DNA of 64,000 bases from IMG/VR virus record IMGVR_UViG_3300046692_000091, positions 250,815 through 314,814 of that record. The stretch is one strand, 5' to 3'. Below, piece by piece: positions 43,748 to 54,268 of the stretch (position 1 is the first letter of the stretch; every line of letters starts with the position of its first letter). A program made the position numbers and the translations under genes. The notes under the pieces were generated by a model, which saw only the letters and a program-made list of their open reading frames with translations, made no database searches and was not told the DNA's origin.

Positions 43748-45068
43748 GACTGGCCAACCCGCCACCTTTAAGGATATCTTTGCTGAAGCCACTGATGGCC
43801 TGCAGCAGATTGCACCAACCACTACCCCTGATGAGGAAGTCTCTTCTGATCTGTTAGAAGATCCTATCGATTACCCAATCGAGAATCAGGCTGAGATGGT
43901 TACACTGATCGAAGAGCCTGCCCCAATGACAACAGACGTTATTGATGGCAACCTCCAACCAGAACTAGCGATCGCTGTAGAAGCGATTAATGATCTGCTG
44001 GATCTGCATAGCACTATTAAAGTACACGGTGTTAGTTCTCATGACATGGCTGGTCTGGTGACTATTCAGAAGCGCATGATCGACAACAACATCGCTTTAC
44101 CTAAAGCATCCTTAGAAGAGTTCACTGGTTACTTTACTCCTGAACGCTCTCTGCTAAACCAAAAGGTCAGCTTGGAGAACATCGGTAAGGTTATCCTGGA
44201 CACTATCAAGGCTTGGCTGAAGAAACTGATTGACCTGGTCATGTCTGGTTATCGTTGGGTTAAAGGTCTGAAGCAGAAACACGCTGTGCTAGATGCGCAA
44301 CTGGTTAAAGCTCGTGACGTACTGATGAATGTACGTAAGATCTACATCAAGATGAAAACTCTGAATGGTGTACTGGGTAGCGAAGCAGCTAAAACAATGG
44401 CCGAGCTATCGGATACCATGTTACTGACTTCCTCATTGGAACGTAACCGTGTAACACTGTATGGTTTCTCTGATGACGCAGCTCTTAAGCAAGTGAAAGG
44501 CTTGTTCGAAGAAGCTCGTACCACCAGTAAAGCAGTTGCTGCTAAGATCACACAACTCGGTTCATTGATGGGTAACCAAGAGACTCCATCGGAAGATGAT
44601 CTGAATACGTTGCATGATGTTGCTCTGGTATTGAGCGGCACTGAAGAAATGCTAGCTATCTCTGATGATCCTAATTATCTCCTGACTAACCTCGGTAGTG
44701 ACTTCTGGGATAAAGTAGAGAAGTTCCGTAGTGCCCAGATTATCGACTTCGATGACATGGTTAAACATTACGGTTCTGCTGCTGATGCACTGGCTCGTAT
44801 TCGTTCGATCAAAATCGAAGACCCACAACAAGCAGAATTTGCTCAGTCGGTTATCGATTCTATCACGACTGCGGTTGGTCGGTTGAATACTATCATTAGT
44901 TTCTTCAACACAGCTGCCCAGTCACAAGTACGTGCCGCCAAGACTTATCGCGAGTACTACTCTAGCGCTATCGAGATCTTGCTGTTGGACTTCAAATCTA
45001 AGTCTCCTTCATCGGATTCTGTAAAAGAGATGAAGAAGATGATTGCTGAACTGCAATTGTTGAAATGA
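43731..45068 (+). CDS. Protease-processed head protein, inner-head paralogue family (phiKZ gp86 position)
   Basis: Acidic propeptide, AVE/SLE sites, VSLENIGKVILDTIKAWLKKL amphipathic helix. Confidence 0.75.
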   Translation: MDQELETGQPATFKDIFAEATDGLQQIAPTTTPDEEVSSDLLEDPIDYPIENQAEMVTLIEEPAPMTTDVIDGNLQPELAIAVEAINDLLDLHSTIKVHGVSSHDMAGLVTIQKRMIDNNIALPKASLEEFTGYFTPERSLLNQKVSLENIGKVILDTIKAWLKKLIDLVMSGYRWVKGLKQKHAVLDAQLVKARDVLMNVRKIYIKMKTLNGVLGSEAAKTMAELSDTMLLTSSLERNRVTLYGFSDDAALKQVKGLFEEARTTSKAVAAKITQLGSLMGNQETPSEDDLNTLHDVALVLSGTEEMLAISDDPNYLLTNLGSDFWDKVEKFRSAQIIDFDDMVKHYGSAADALARIRSIKIEDPQQAEFAQSVIDSITTAVGRLNTIISFFNTAAQSQVRAAKTYREYYSSAIEILLLDFKSKSPSSDSVKEMKKMIAELQLLK

Positions 45069-45104
45069 CATAAACGGCTTCCCCTAGGGGAAGCCAATAT
45101 GCCG
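45069..45104. terminator. Bidirectional hairpin (CATAAAC...AATATGCCG type)
   Basis: Perfect palindrome GGCTTCCCCTAGGGGAAGCC (45076-45095) between convergent genes. Confidence 0.75.
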
Positions 45105-45106
45105 TG

Positions 45107-48007
45107 TTATTCAGAAACTTTGTGTTCCAAGAAGTTAACAGTTACGTCATCTTCAATGGTCAACAATTGGTTAGCCAATACTACCATCTTCTTACGGATA
45201 GACAACCGTACAGCATCGTCTTCTACCGTGATGATAGGATAATTCTCTGCACCACCCAAACCACTCAGTTCGTTAGCCAATACGTCATCACCACTAGTGT
45301 CATCCAAACGGGTAACCATATTGGAACGCGAGATTGTCTTCAGCGAGATCTGATCATCCAAGATTTGTTTATCGTTATCAATCAACGAAGGACGAATTGT
45401 AGAGTTAGTGTAAGCAGCAGGTTTCAACCAGTGGGTAATCGCAAAGGCTTGATCGATCTGAATCGTGGCACGTTGACCGTCACGTACACTCACCACCGTA
45501 TCACCGAAGGTTTGTGTTGGGTATACGAACAACTTAGCTTTCTCCAGTAGTCGGTTACCAATCTCTTCGATGTCTGAACGCAACCAGCTTACGAATTCCA
45601 TTGGGATTTCTTTGCGGTATGATACAGCTGCTGTTTCAGTAGCGAAGTAGAACAAGCCATCGACCATCAAGATAGTTACTTCACGCAACAGTTTACGTGG
45701 AGCTACCAGGACTGGTTTATCATTCAACATGACTGGATCATACTTCATGTGAAGCCATTCTTGCACACCTTCTGCATTCAGTACAGGTGTACCTTTGGCA
45801 TGGATCAAGTTCATAATGACTTCGCCATTAGGGCCGATGTCTATGACAGTGTTACCATTCTCATCTGTTTCGTAAATGTTCTCAGTCCAGATCTTAGGAA
45901 CGTTCTCAGTCCATTTCTGGTAGTCTTCCTCACCCAACACAGAACGGTTACGACGCCAGATACGCGTCATGTCATAGCCCAGTGTAATCTCCAGCCGTTC
46001 ACGGGTTACCAGCATCCATTGGTTAGGCAACAGATGTGATTCAACCATGGCATCGATCTCGTTAGGCATATACCCAGGAGTCATCGAATCTACAACCAGA
46101 ATCGAGATATCGAACTCGTTAGCTAGTTTGGTCTTGAAGTTAGTTTGAGCCGAAGAGAAGATCGACATGTTCGTAGTGAACAGCTCACCACCAGTATCAA
46201 GATCGTAACTGGTATCGATATTGAATTCGAATACCCGTTCATTATTCTCAATGGCTACTTGGTGACCATTCACGGAAGCGAAGATATTCTCGCCAGTAGG
46301 ACGATAACCAATCTGACAAACAATCTGCGAGTCATCCAGTGACTGGAACTGTGCAGATGAACTCAAACGAATACGTACCAGATAACCAGTAGGAGTCCGA
46401 GAGATTTCATAAGCATCTACAGTTGCCTGTAAGTTCGAGGTGTCGTTCTCACCTACGAAAGTCTTCTCGGTGATGACAGGACTATCGAGGTAATAAGGAC
46501 GGAAGTCAAAGTTACCATCAGTAGCATCCATCACATAGTGGAATGGCGAATACACAAACCGCGATTCGTTAACCAAACGAGAGATGTCTTCTGGATCGGA
46601 AGCAATGATGCTTGCAAGTTCTGAATCGGGAACCATAGAAACTTTACCACTGGCGAATCGATATAACATCGACGGCAGGATAGTAATACGTTCACCGTTG
46701 TCTGCAGTATGTGCAGAAGCGGCAATAGATTCCATGTTGATACGTAGCTGAGACATTACACAACCCGCACCAGACACTACGTCAAGAGCTTGAGGCTTAC
46801 CCAAACGGCGAGAGGCCAGGAATTGTCGATCGGTAATGTTGTCGATGTTGGATACCAGCGTGTACCCACGTTGATCGAGTTTCGCCACCATCTGTACATC
46901 AGTAATGGGTAGATCCGGATCGCCCATTGTGTTGTCAATGGCACGATCTCGAAGAGTAACGAAATCCAAGGCATTGGCCCCACCTGTCACGCGGTTAAGG
47001 TTCAGTGCTTGCTTGATACTGAATGTGTTAAGTGGAGATACGTAAGTAGTGTCATCATCGATAGGGTTAAACATCGCCTGGAATTGATCAGGACGGAAGT
47101 CGGCCATCGATACATCTAATGCACCTTGTGAGGTATAGATGTCAACTCGGATCTTACCTGTAGCCATACCAGTGTTAGTATAGACCGTAGGGATAGCTAC
47201 CTGTAGTGATTGACCAACCACACGCAGAACAGCAGTAACCTTCAATGGGTTGTATACTTGATCAGTGTGAGTAGTTAGGATTTCAACCCAAGGGGAATTG
47301 GTACCACCATCATTCAGGTATACCCGAGCAAAGTAAAACTTATCACTGAAAGCATAAGCGTGTTCAAACAGAGTCGCTGGGCTTAGTGCATCGGTATTCG
47401 TTTGAATACGGAATTGCTTAACCGGGATCTTCAGACGAACCACTCGGTTCCGCTGCATGCGCAACATGTCCCACTTAACTTGGTTGGTCTTCAATGTTTC
47501 TACAGGAGATACCGAAGTGCCATCGTAGACGATCTGTAAGCCACCATGACGTAGTACCCGTAGTTCAATCGGATATTGCATAGTGAATGGAATCGTACCA
47601 CCCAGGAATTGAGTCAAGCGAGGAATGACTAGTTTACGTGCACCTTGATCACCATAAGGAACAGCTTTCTGAATGATCTCTTCATAACCGAGATACAGTT
47701 GGAACTCAGTTGTTGCAGGCGTACTGAATCGACCGATGTAATCATCCGACGACATGTGGTAATAAGTCTCTTCCTGGGTCAAAGCCATCCGTGCGTTTAG
47801 TTTACGCATCTGGGCTTCCATCTCAGTAATGGCCATGGTCACACCGAGCGTACCGCATTCCATAGAAGCTACGAATGGGATAGTCGCATCAGGGACATCG
47901 TAAATACCTTTGCCTTGGAGTTGTTGATCGAGTTCCTCCAGAGCAATCTGCTGCATCTGGCTAGGGTTACGTCGAGCATTATAAATCCGATCTTTATATT
48001 GACTCAT
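45107..48007 (-). CDS. Large virion structural protein, probable baseplate wedge (phiKZ gp87-like)
   Basis: 966 aa, beta-rich; TGGANALDF..LRDRAI and LPITDVQ resemble baseplate-J/gp6-type segments; synteny. Confidence 0.65.
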   Translation of the reverse strand: MSQYKDRIYNARRNPSQMQQIALEELDQQLQGKGIYDVPDATIPFVASMECGTLGVTMAITEMEAQMRKLNARMALTQEETYYHMSSDDYIGRFSTPATTEFQLYLGYEEIIQKAVPYGDQGARKLVIPRLTQFLGGTIPFTMQYPIELRVLRHGGLQIVYDGTSVSPVETLKTNQVKWDMLRMQRNRVVRLKIPVKQFRIQTNTDALSPATLFEHAYAFSDKFYFARVYLNDGGTNSPWVEILTTHTDQVYNPLKVTAVLRVVGQSLQVAIPTVYTNTGMATGKIRVDIYTSQGALDVSMADFRPDQFQAMFNPIDDDTTYVSPLNTFSIKQALNLNRVTGGANALDFVTLRDRAIDNTMGDPDLPITDVQMVAKLDQRGYTLVSNIDNITDRQFLASRRLGKPQALDVVSGAGCVMSQLRINMESIAASAHTADNGERITILPSMLYRFASGKVSMVPDSELASIIASDPEDISRLVNESRFVYSPFHYVMDATDGNFDFRPYYLDSPVITEKTFVGENDTSNLQATVDAYEISRTPTGYLVRIRLSSSAQFQSLDDSQIVCQIGYRPTGENIFASVNGHQVAIENNERVFEFNIDTSYDLDTGGELFTTNMSIFSSAQTNFKTKLANEFDISILVVDSMTPGYMPNEIDAMVESHLLPNQWMLVTRERLEITLGYDMTRIWRRNRSVLGEEDYQKWTENVPKIWTENIYETDENGNTVIDIGPNGEVIMNLIHAKGTPVLNAEGVQEWLHMKYDPVMLNDKPVLVAPRKLLREVTILMVDGLFYFATETAAVSYRKEIPMEFVSWLRSDIEEIGNRLLEKAKLFVYPTQTFGDTVVSVRDGQRATIQIDQAFAITHWLKPAAYTNSTIRPSLIDNDKQILDDQISLKTISRSNMVTRLDDTSGDDVLANELSGLGGAENYPIITVEDDAVRLSIRKKMVVLANQLLTIEDDVTVNFLEHKVSE

Positions 48008-49083
48008 TGTGGTGTCTCTTGAGTAGGATTCTGGGTAGTTGTAGGAGCCGGAGCTTGTTTAACGTTGCCCGCTTTCAAAGCTTCGTATTCATCCTTAGGT
48101 ACCCACCATTCCAGTTCCATGTTGATTGGATTGATACGGGGATAAGCCCGATAGTTGAAGTATGCTTTCTCCCAAGGGAATAATAGATGCATCACGTTAT
48201 CGCGATTGTCATCATTCATTGCCGGGTTAAAGTCTTGCTGTAAATCGTTAAACTCAAAGATCAGAATGTGGTCGTAAGTAGTAACACCATTACAACGGTA
48301 ACTAAAGTTTAACTGGCTTGAGATAACTTGTGAACCTGTTTCAGAACCATCACCTGTGTAGTTAGCAATCTCACCGGTAGGAGCATTCTCAGGGGTAGCT
48401 GCACCACAAGCAAAGATACGTGTAACGTAAGTACGAGTCTGGTCCATAACCAGTCGGTAGATCCGAGTATCGTAATCACGTTCATTCATCATTACCAATT
48501 CTGGGTAAGGCATCGTACGACCTTCCTTACCTAGACCCTGTGCCAACAACCACATGTAATGCATCAATGTTACAGGGTCACCTTCAATGTTACGATACGT
48601 CGCTTGGAGCGTAAACGTTTCGTATTGGTATGGTACGTCATCTACATAAGCCATCGAGTCACGGTAGATACCAGCGGTGGTTGTAGACATGTTAATAGTG
48701 AAGTCTGGCCAACCATTTAAAGAAATAAGGTTGTTAGACAGAATGGGAATAAAAGGAGACAGTGGATCGACCAAAGAACTTTTAAGTCTGTTTTCTACTT
48801 GAGTAGCAGACCATGGATCAAGCGTTACCCGTACTAATCTTTCAAGGCAATCTTGGTCTTCCCGTAACAACATAGACAACCTTCGGTCAACCATGCAGTT
48901 ATCGTATGATAAATTGAACAGCGGTTTCGTAAAGAACGTATAACCATGGTTCTCAGTGTTTTGTAGGAGCGGAGCATTTCGCCCTAAGATGTTGATGCCG
49001 AACGCCGCGTTGCTCAGTGCCTGGTTGCGTGGGACTTGTCCAATATTTTGTGCAATTTTCTCGATGTAACTATTTACTGACAT
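48004..49083 (-). CDS. Virion structural protein, probably baseplate/tail-tube related (phiKZ gp88-like)
   Basis: 359 aa, ATGA overlap with the gp87-like gene; GYTFFTKP motif; synteny. Confidence 0.65.
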   Translation of the reverse strand: MSVNSYIEKIAQNIGQVPRNQALSNAAFGINILGRNAPLLQNTENHGYTFFTKPLFNLSYDNCMVDRRLSMLLREDQDCLERLVRVTLDPWSATQVENRLKSSLVDPLSPFIPILSNNLISLNGWPDFTINMSTTTAGIYRDSMAYVDDVPYQYETFTLQATYRNIEGDPVTLMHYMWLLAQGLGKEGRTMPYPELVMMNERDYDTRIYRLVMDQTRTYVTRIFACGAATPENAPTGEIANYTGDGSETGSQVISSQLNFSYRCNGVTTYDHILIFEFNDLQQDFNPAMNDDNRDNVMHLLFPWEKAYFNYRAYPRINPINMELEWWVPKDEYEALKAGNVKQAPAPTTTQNPTQETPQ

Positions 49084-49118
49084 TTTAATACTCTCTATTT
49101 TCTAAAAGGAAGAGACAC

Positions 49119-50393
49119 ATGGTAGCTCCAGTTTTAGCTGCTGCAGCCGCAGTCGCTACGTCATCCGCTGCTCAGATCGCCGGTAACGCGCTGATGCAGA
49201 CTGTATTAAACCTGGCTAAGAATGGCCTGCAAGTTTCTTCGCTTGCCGATCTTACCAAACCAGCACGTGTAGAACCGCTAGCAATCGTTGACTCAACTTT
49301 GATTGAACAGCCCTACATGGTTTCATTACTGAAGCTGGCAACATCTAATTTTGCAGGTTACTACCTGCAGGCAGTAAACATGATCCTGGGCGTAGGCCGG
49401 ATCGATACCCTTAAGGTATTGGACTCTCTAAACCCTGATCGTACCCTGGGTTTCGACATCAGCAAGATGTCGACTAAGGGCACACCTAGTAATGAATGCT
49501 ACGTTGCTTCTGCTTATGATCCTCGCGTCTATGCTAATGGCTTACCTTCGCTCGAAAGCTTCTCTCGCCGTATTCGGCCATCACTTCTGTTTTCATTGGA
49601 AGCCTATGGTGATGAAGACATCAAGAAAGTTGAAGAGTTCGCAGGCAAAGCAGTAGACGCCGCAGATAAGAAAGCCGCTGAAGCAGCCAAGGCTGGTTGG
49701 GGTGAAGGTACTGGTTCGCCTAAGAGCGGAATGTCGGCTGGCGATAACAAGATCCATGAGATCGAAAACCTGGCTGTTGGTAAACTGTTGAACGTCGAAA
49801 TCACTGACGGTACTAAGACAGCTAAGCTTCCAGTTCTGATTCGTATGATCCCGGCAGCTGTTCCACCTGCGTCGTTGGTTCATATGTTTAGTGCTGGCGG
49901 ACGCGATAGCTGGGCTCAGCGTATGTTCATGGTACAAACTGGTCAGATCAAATTCTGGCGTGACTTTGTACTGGGTCAGGATATGATCGATGAGCATTTC
50001 CGTGCTTTGATGAACGATAAGTCTGGCGTGTTCAAGATGATCACTGACCGTCGTCGTAATAACTCGCAGAAAGCTTTGCAGACTGGCCGTGTATCGATTG
50101 CTGATGCTTCTAACGTTGCTATCGTTTCTACCGAAACCCTGAAGATGGCTACCGGTAAGTTGTTCGGTAAGATCGAACAAGAATCCGTACGTAAGGCTAT
50201 CTTCGATAACAGCTACCTGCTGATGCTGATCGTTGTTGACGAACGCTGGCAGCGTGTGCAGATCTGGCACCGTGGTGTTGATCTGGCTACTACACACAAG
50301 TTCGATGAAATCGAACGGATGGAAAAATCGAAAGGCCCTGACATCACTGAAATGTTCAAGATGTTCAGTCGCTCCATGCAAACCAATCTGTAA
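49119..50393 (+). CDS. Inner-body/head protein (phiKZ gp89-like)
   Basis: 424 aa; SLADLTKPARVEP N-region, SLE/S and SLE/A processing sites; synteny. Confidence 0.75.
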   Translation: MVAPVLAAAAAVATSSAAQIAGNALMQTVLNLAKNGLQVSSLADLTKPARVEPLAIVDSTLIEQPYMVSLLKLATSNFAGYYLQAVNMILGVGRIDTLKVLDSLNPDRTLGFDISKMSTKGTPSNECYVASAYDPRVYANGLPSLESFSRRIRPSLLFSLEAYGDEDIKKVEEFAGKAVDAADKKAAEAAKAGWGEGTGSPKSGMSAGDNKIHEIENLAVGKLLNVEITDGTKTAKLPVLIRMIPAAVPPASLVHMFSAGGRDSWAQRMFMVQTGQIKFWRDFVLGQDMIDEHFRALMNDKSGVFKMITDRRRNNSQKALQTGRVSIADASNVAIVSTETLKMATGKLFGKIEQESVRKAIFDNSYLLMLIVVDERWQRVQIWHRGVDLATTHKFDEIERMEKSKGPDITEMFKMFSRSMQTNL

Positions 50394-50408
50394 TAAAGGA
50401 CAGCCACA

Positions 50409-51299
50409 ATGAGACTGCTCGAATATGTCGGTTCCTTAGCTCCATTCAAAGAGCGTAAGGACCTGCTTAACCAAATCGCTGACCTGGAAGATGAATATGA
50501 TTCCACGGTAGCTCCCCTGCTTTCTGAAGTCCGTGACCTGATCCTGTCTGTTGAAGTTAAATCCCAGATTGGTCAGAAGTACATTGGTGCGATGCAACGT
50601 GCGGTTAACTACCGTGGTAACTTTCTAGAACTGTTCTTCAAGTCGATGGAAACCGTTCGCGGTAACCTAGGCATGGTCGTACAAGAAATCCGCCGTCTGT
50701 TTGCTTTCCAGTTTACCAACACCAATCTGACTATTAACCGTGCCAACATTCTGAAGTACGTTGATGCTCTGAGTTTTTACATCCGTTGGGGTCGTAAGTT
50801 CATGTTGTTCTTGGTTACTCAAGAATCGCAAGCTCGTGGTAAAGCGGCACCGTCGCATTGGTCCCCTGCTGAAACCGATTGGGTTCAGTCTAACATGGAT
50901 CAATTCATCGGTCTGTATCCAGCAATGATTCTGACTCCTAATGAACTGAAACAAAAGTTCAATCAGGCTTCGGATGCTGAGATCAATGCAGAGACCTACG
51001 ATCTGGCTACCCGTTCGTTGGGTGATGCTAAGATGGACCCACTACGGATGTCTGGCTTCTCCCCACAACAGAACCCGTTCTTAACACTCGGTAAGTATAT
51101 TGCTGAATGGCGTATTGCTCGGTACAAGGCTGCTCAAGAAGAGTACCATGCACTGCAACACCGTCTGTTGGAACTACGTGGTCAACTGCAAGGCGATCCA
51201 GCTTCTCCAGTTCTACAACGTCAGATCAAGATGTACGAAGAGCGTCTGTCCGAGTACGAATTTGACATCAACGCTACCGAAGCGGATGCTCGCGGTTAA
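50409..51299 (+). CDS. Inner-body/head protein (phiKZ gp90-like)
   Basis: 296 aa helical protein directly after the gp89-like gene. Confidence 0.7.
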   Translation: MRLLEYVGSLAPFKERKDLLNQIADLEDEYDSTVAPLLSEVRDLILSVEVKSQIGQKYIGAMQRAVNYRGNFLELFFKSMETVRGNLGMVVQEIRRLFAFQFTNTNLTINRANILKYVDALSFYIRWGRKFMLFLVTQESQARGKAAPSHWSPAETDWVQSNMDQFIGLYPAMILTPNELKQKFNQASDAEINAETYDLATRSLGDAKMDPLRMSGFSPQQNPFLTLGKYIAEWRIARYKAAQEEYHALQHRLLELRGQLQGDPASPVLQRQIKMYEERLSEYEFDINATEADARG

Positions 51300-51310
51300 G
51301 GGGTATCACC

Positions 51311-51832
51311 ATGGGTACGAATTCAGTTAAAATGAATAACGAATACTCTGGTGGCCAGGCACAATCACAACGTCGCTACATCACAAGTGTACGCGACGAA
51401 CGTGTGCGTGATCTGTTCCAAGAGTATACCACTTTCCCTACACGCGCTGTGTGCTGGGAATTCCGTCGTCGAGTAATCCTCGAAGCGAAACGTTTGTTCG
51501 GGGGTAACTATAACTGGTTCATCCTGCAGGACAATAACGCACAACGGATCGACTGGAACTACAAGTTCCTATTGGATACCATTCGCTTCATTGCCACTGG
51601 CCGTCGTGAACTGAGCATCCATAGCTGGCCGATGATGTTGTCTGATGAACCACCTACCGGTTTGCAACTCATCGGTGGTCGTTCTGATGTGCAAGACCTT
51701 TTCAAACAACTGGCACTGTCTACCTCTATTGAAGCAATGCTTCAGTCCTGGTGCATGCAGCCAAAAGGCTTTGACGATTTGATGTTCACCTTACACATGC
51801 TGTTTGGTAAAGCAACCGTCCGAGTCAAATAG
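51311..51832 (+). CDS. Conserved head-operon protein (phiKZ gp91 position)
   Basis: 173 aa in the late operon. Confidence 0.7.
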   Translation: MGTNSVKMNNEYSGGQAQSQRRYITSVRDERVRDLFQEYTTFPTRAVCWEFRRRVILEAKRLFGGNYNWFILQDNNAQRIDWNYKFLLDTIRFIATGRRELSIHSWPMMLSDEPPTGLQLIGGRSDVQDLFKQLALSTSIEAMLQSWCMQPKGFDDLMFTLHMLFGKATVRVK

Positions 51833-51841
51833 GAGTCAACA

Positions 51842-53185
51842 ATGGTTGGTGCAACCAATGCGATTGCTCCAGAGACCCCTAAATCAGTCGACGGGGTAGA
51901 ACCCGTCGATATGATCGCCTCGCTCGAACATCAGTTCGATTCTCTGGAAGAACGCACAGAGGCAACGCTACGTAAGTTAGCCCAAAGCTTGTCCTTCGGT
52001 GTTGCGTTGGAAGCTCAACGGTTAGACCCCGATGCTGGAATGTTCCAATATGCCCTGGAAAAGTATTCGACTGTAGCTCCTAATGAGTACCTCTCAATGG
52101 AGGACATTTCGAATGCGTCTAAGAAAGTATGGGACAAATCAGTAGAGTCATTAAAGCAACTACAAGCTGAAACAATCGAGTATGCCCGAGTGATTAACTT
52201 AGGTAGTGATCGATTGGTTGAAAAGACCAACATGTTGTACGAGCAATCAACTGCGATTAAAACCCCTCCTTATAAGACCGAGTTTACTCTGAAGTCCCCT
52301 AAGAAGTTCGTGATCGATGGCCGATATGAACCGAAGGATGTCACACGAATTATTTCGTTGGCTAACTCGGCATTTGCTTTCCACGATAAGATCTTTATCC
52401 AGTTCATGGAAACGGTAGCTAAGATCTTTGACAAGCTTTCATTCAACAGTGACTTCGCTGAGGAAGAAGGTATTGACTTTGCTAAGTTCTCTACGATCTC
52501 TTGGATGACTAAAGCTGAGCCTATCGAGAAAGATGATCGTTTCCGTGTGGGTTCTCCTTTGTTCCGTACTCCTGCTGTACAAGGCAATAAAGCCCTGTAT
52601 GCTTCGGGTCCGGGTGAAGCAAAAGAGAATGAACTACAGAACTGGACATATCTGGTTAATACTGTTCGAGACTTCTCGTTCCGTTATTACACTGTGCGTG
52701 AACTCAAGCCTGCTAACCAAGAAGCTCTGATTGTTGAAGTTAAGTCTATTGACGATGTACGTAAACGACTAAGCCAATTGTTAGCTATCTCGAAACGATT
52801 CCAGTCACGGAAAGGTTACGAGTCTAAGCTAGCCCAAGCACTCCGTCGGATTCAGATCACAGGTGAGAAGGTTCGTACTAAAGCTGGCCAGTTCAAAGTT
52901 GAAGAAGAAGATACACCCACGGACGATAAACCAAAAGACGACATAAAAGAAAAATCGACGAAAGGGCGTCCACCTATCTCGGATATTATCCAGTCGATTA
53001 CTTTGATGATTAACAACGTCGCTCGGATGGTCACTGATTACAACAACGCCATGGCTGGTATTCTTAGGACGCTTGGTGGATTAACGTATGTTGCTGAATT
53101 GGAACTAAGGGCTTTCCAACCTCCACTTCGCAAACCTACTCCAAATGAAATTGAAGGTACACCAAATGCACAACCTCGAACTTGA
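51842..53185 (+). CDS. Processed head protein (phiKZ gp92-like)
   Basis: 447 aa; SLE, ALE and SME sites in the N-terminal 90 aa. Confidence 0.7.
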   Translation: MVGATNAIAPETPKSVDGVEPVDMIASLEHQFDSLEERTEATLRKLAQSLSFGVALEAQRLDPDAGMFQYALEKYSTVAPNEYLSMEDISNASKKVWDKSVESLKQLQAETIEYARVINLGSDRLVEKTNMLYEQSTAIKTPPYKTEFTLKSPKKFVIDGRYEPKDVTRIISLANSAFAFHDKIFIQFMETVAKIFDKLSFNSDFAEEEGIDFAKFSTISWMTKAEPIEKDDRFRVGSPLFRTPAVQGNKALYASGPGEAKENELQNWTYLVNTVRDFSFRYYTVRELKPANQEALIVEVKSIDDVRKRLSQLLAISKRFQSRKGYESKLAQALRRIQITGEKVRTKAGQFKVEEEDTPTDDKPKDDIKEKSTKGRPPISDIIQSITLMINNVARMVTDYNNAMAGILRTLGGLTYVAELELRAFQPPLRKPTPNEIEGTPNAQPRT

Positions 53186-54266
53186 ACGGATTCGACTGCA
53201 GCGTAAACTAAGCACGCTGGGCGAGATGTTGGTTTCCCTAGAATCCTATCAGACTCTTGCTAAAACAGGATTGTCTAAACAAACGGCAGCCGTAGTACAA
53301 CACGACCTGTTATGTATCGCTCGACACATCGGTAGCATGATCGTTGTTTCTCAAGAAGATGCAACCCAGATGGAAGACATAGCTGTTCAGGCTTCCAAGG
53401 AAACCGATAGCAAGTCATTAGGCGATAAGGTATTGTCTGCCATTAAGACGTTTAAAGAATGGCTGGTAAAGGCTTACAAGATGGTTAAAGACCAAGTAGG
53501 TGCTTTGCTTACTTCCTTTACTGCTCTGCGGGCTAAAGTAGATGTGTTACGAGGTGCAGTTAAGGCAGTACCTGAGAACAAGACTGAAGTTCATATCCCA
53601 GCTAAGCTCGCTAACCAAGTGTCTATCTCCGGTGATATGGGCGATGGCCATTTCCAAGCTCTGCGTAGTATTGCTAACTTTGGTGCAGTCGCTTATCCAG
53701 AAGCGATCAGTGAGTTCTACCAAGAGATTGCTGCCGTAGTGAAGAACTTCGATCCAGCATATGAAGCTTCTGGTATGGTCTCTGCTATCGAGCAGGCACT
53801 AACACCATTGAACTTCTCTAATGTCGATACTGAAACTTATCCTGGTAACGTAATGATCAGTCATGACGAAACTGGGTACAACTATACCGTCGCTGAAGTT
53901 GAAGCACGTATTGTTGAAGAAGACGTAGTCCGCCAAGTTCGTAGTTCCGCTGAACTTACTGCTGCTCTTAATAACATCGTGCGAGTCATTGAACTAGCAG
54001 AGAAGATTGAAGGCACATCCGTACAGATTGAAACAGCTATTGATAAAGTAGTTGAATTTTCTGATGCTCTGGTCGCTAAAGTAAAAGACCGAGACGAAGA
54101 TCATAAGAAGAATGCCAGTGCCATGGTAACGAGTGTATTGGCAACTACCTCAAAGGTATCCACTAACACAGCGGGTATCATCCGTTATTTGGGTCGTGTA
54201 TTGAGTGCACACTTGCAGATCATCGACCATGAAGTTAAAACCGCAACCAATTCACAGCGAGCTTAG
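53166..54266 (+). CDS. Inner-head/ejection protein, phiKZ internal-protein (gp93-family) paralogue
   Basis: SLESY...GLSKQTAA motif, SQE site, LSAIKTFKEWLVK helix. Confidence 0.75.
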   Translation: MHNLELERIRLQRKLSTLGEMLVSLESYQTLAKTGLSKQTAAVVQHDLLCIARHIGSMIVVSQEDATQMEDIAVQASKETDSKSLGDKVLSAIKTFKEWLVKAYKMVKDQVGALLTSFTALRAKVDVLRGAVKAVPENKTEVHIPAKLANQVSISGDMGDGHFQALRSIANFGAVAYPEAISEFYQEIAAVVKNFDPAYEASGMVSAIEQALTPLNFSNVDTETYPGNVMISHDETGYNYTVAEVEARIVEEDVVRQVRSSAELTAALNNIVRVIELAEKIEGTSVQIETAIDKVVEFSDALVAKVKDRDEDHKKNASAMVTSVLATTSKVSTNTAGIIRYLGRVLSAHLQIIDHEVKTATNSQRA

Positions 54267-54268
54267 AT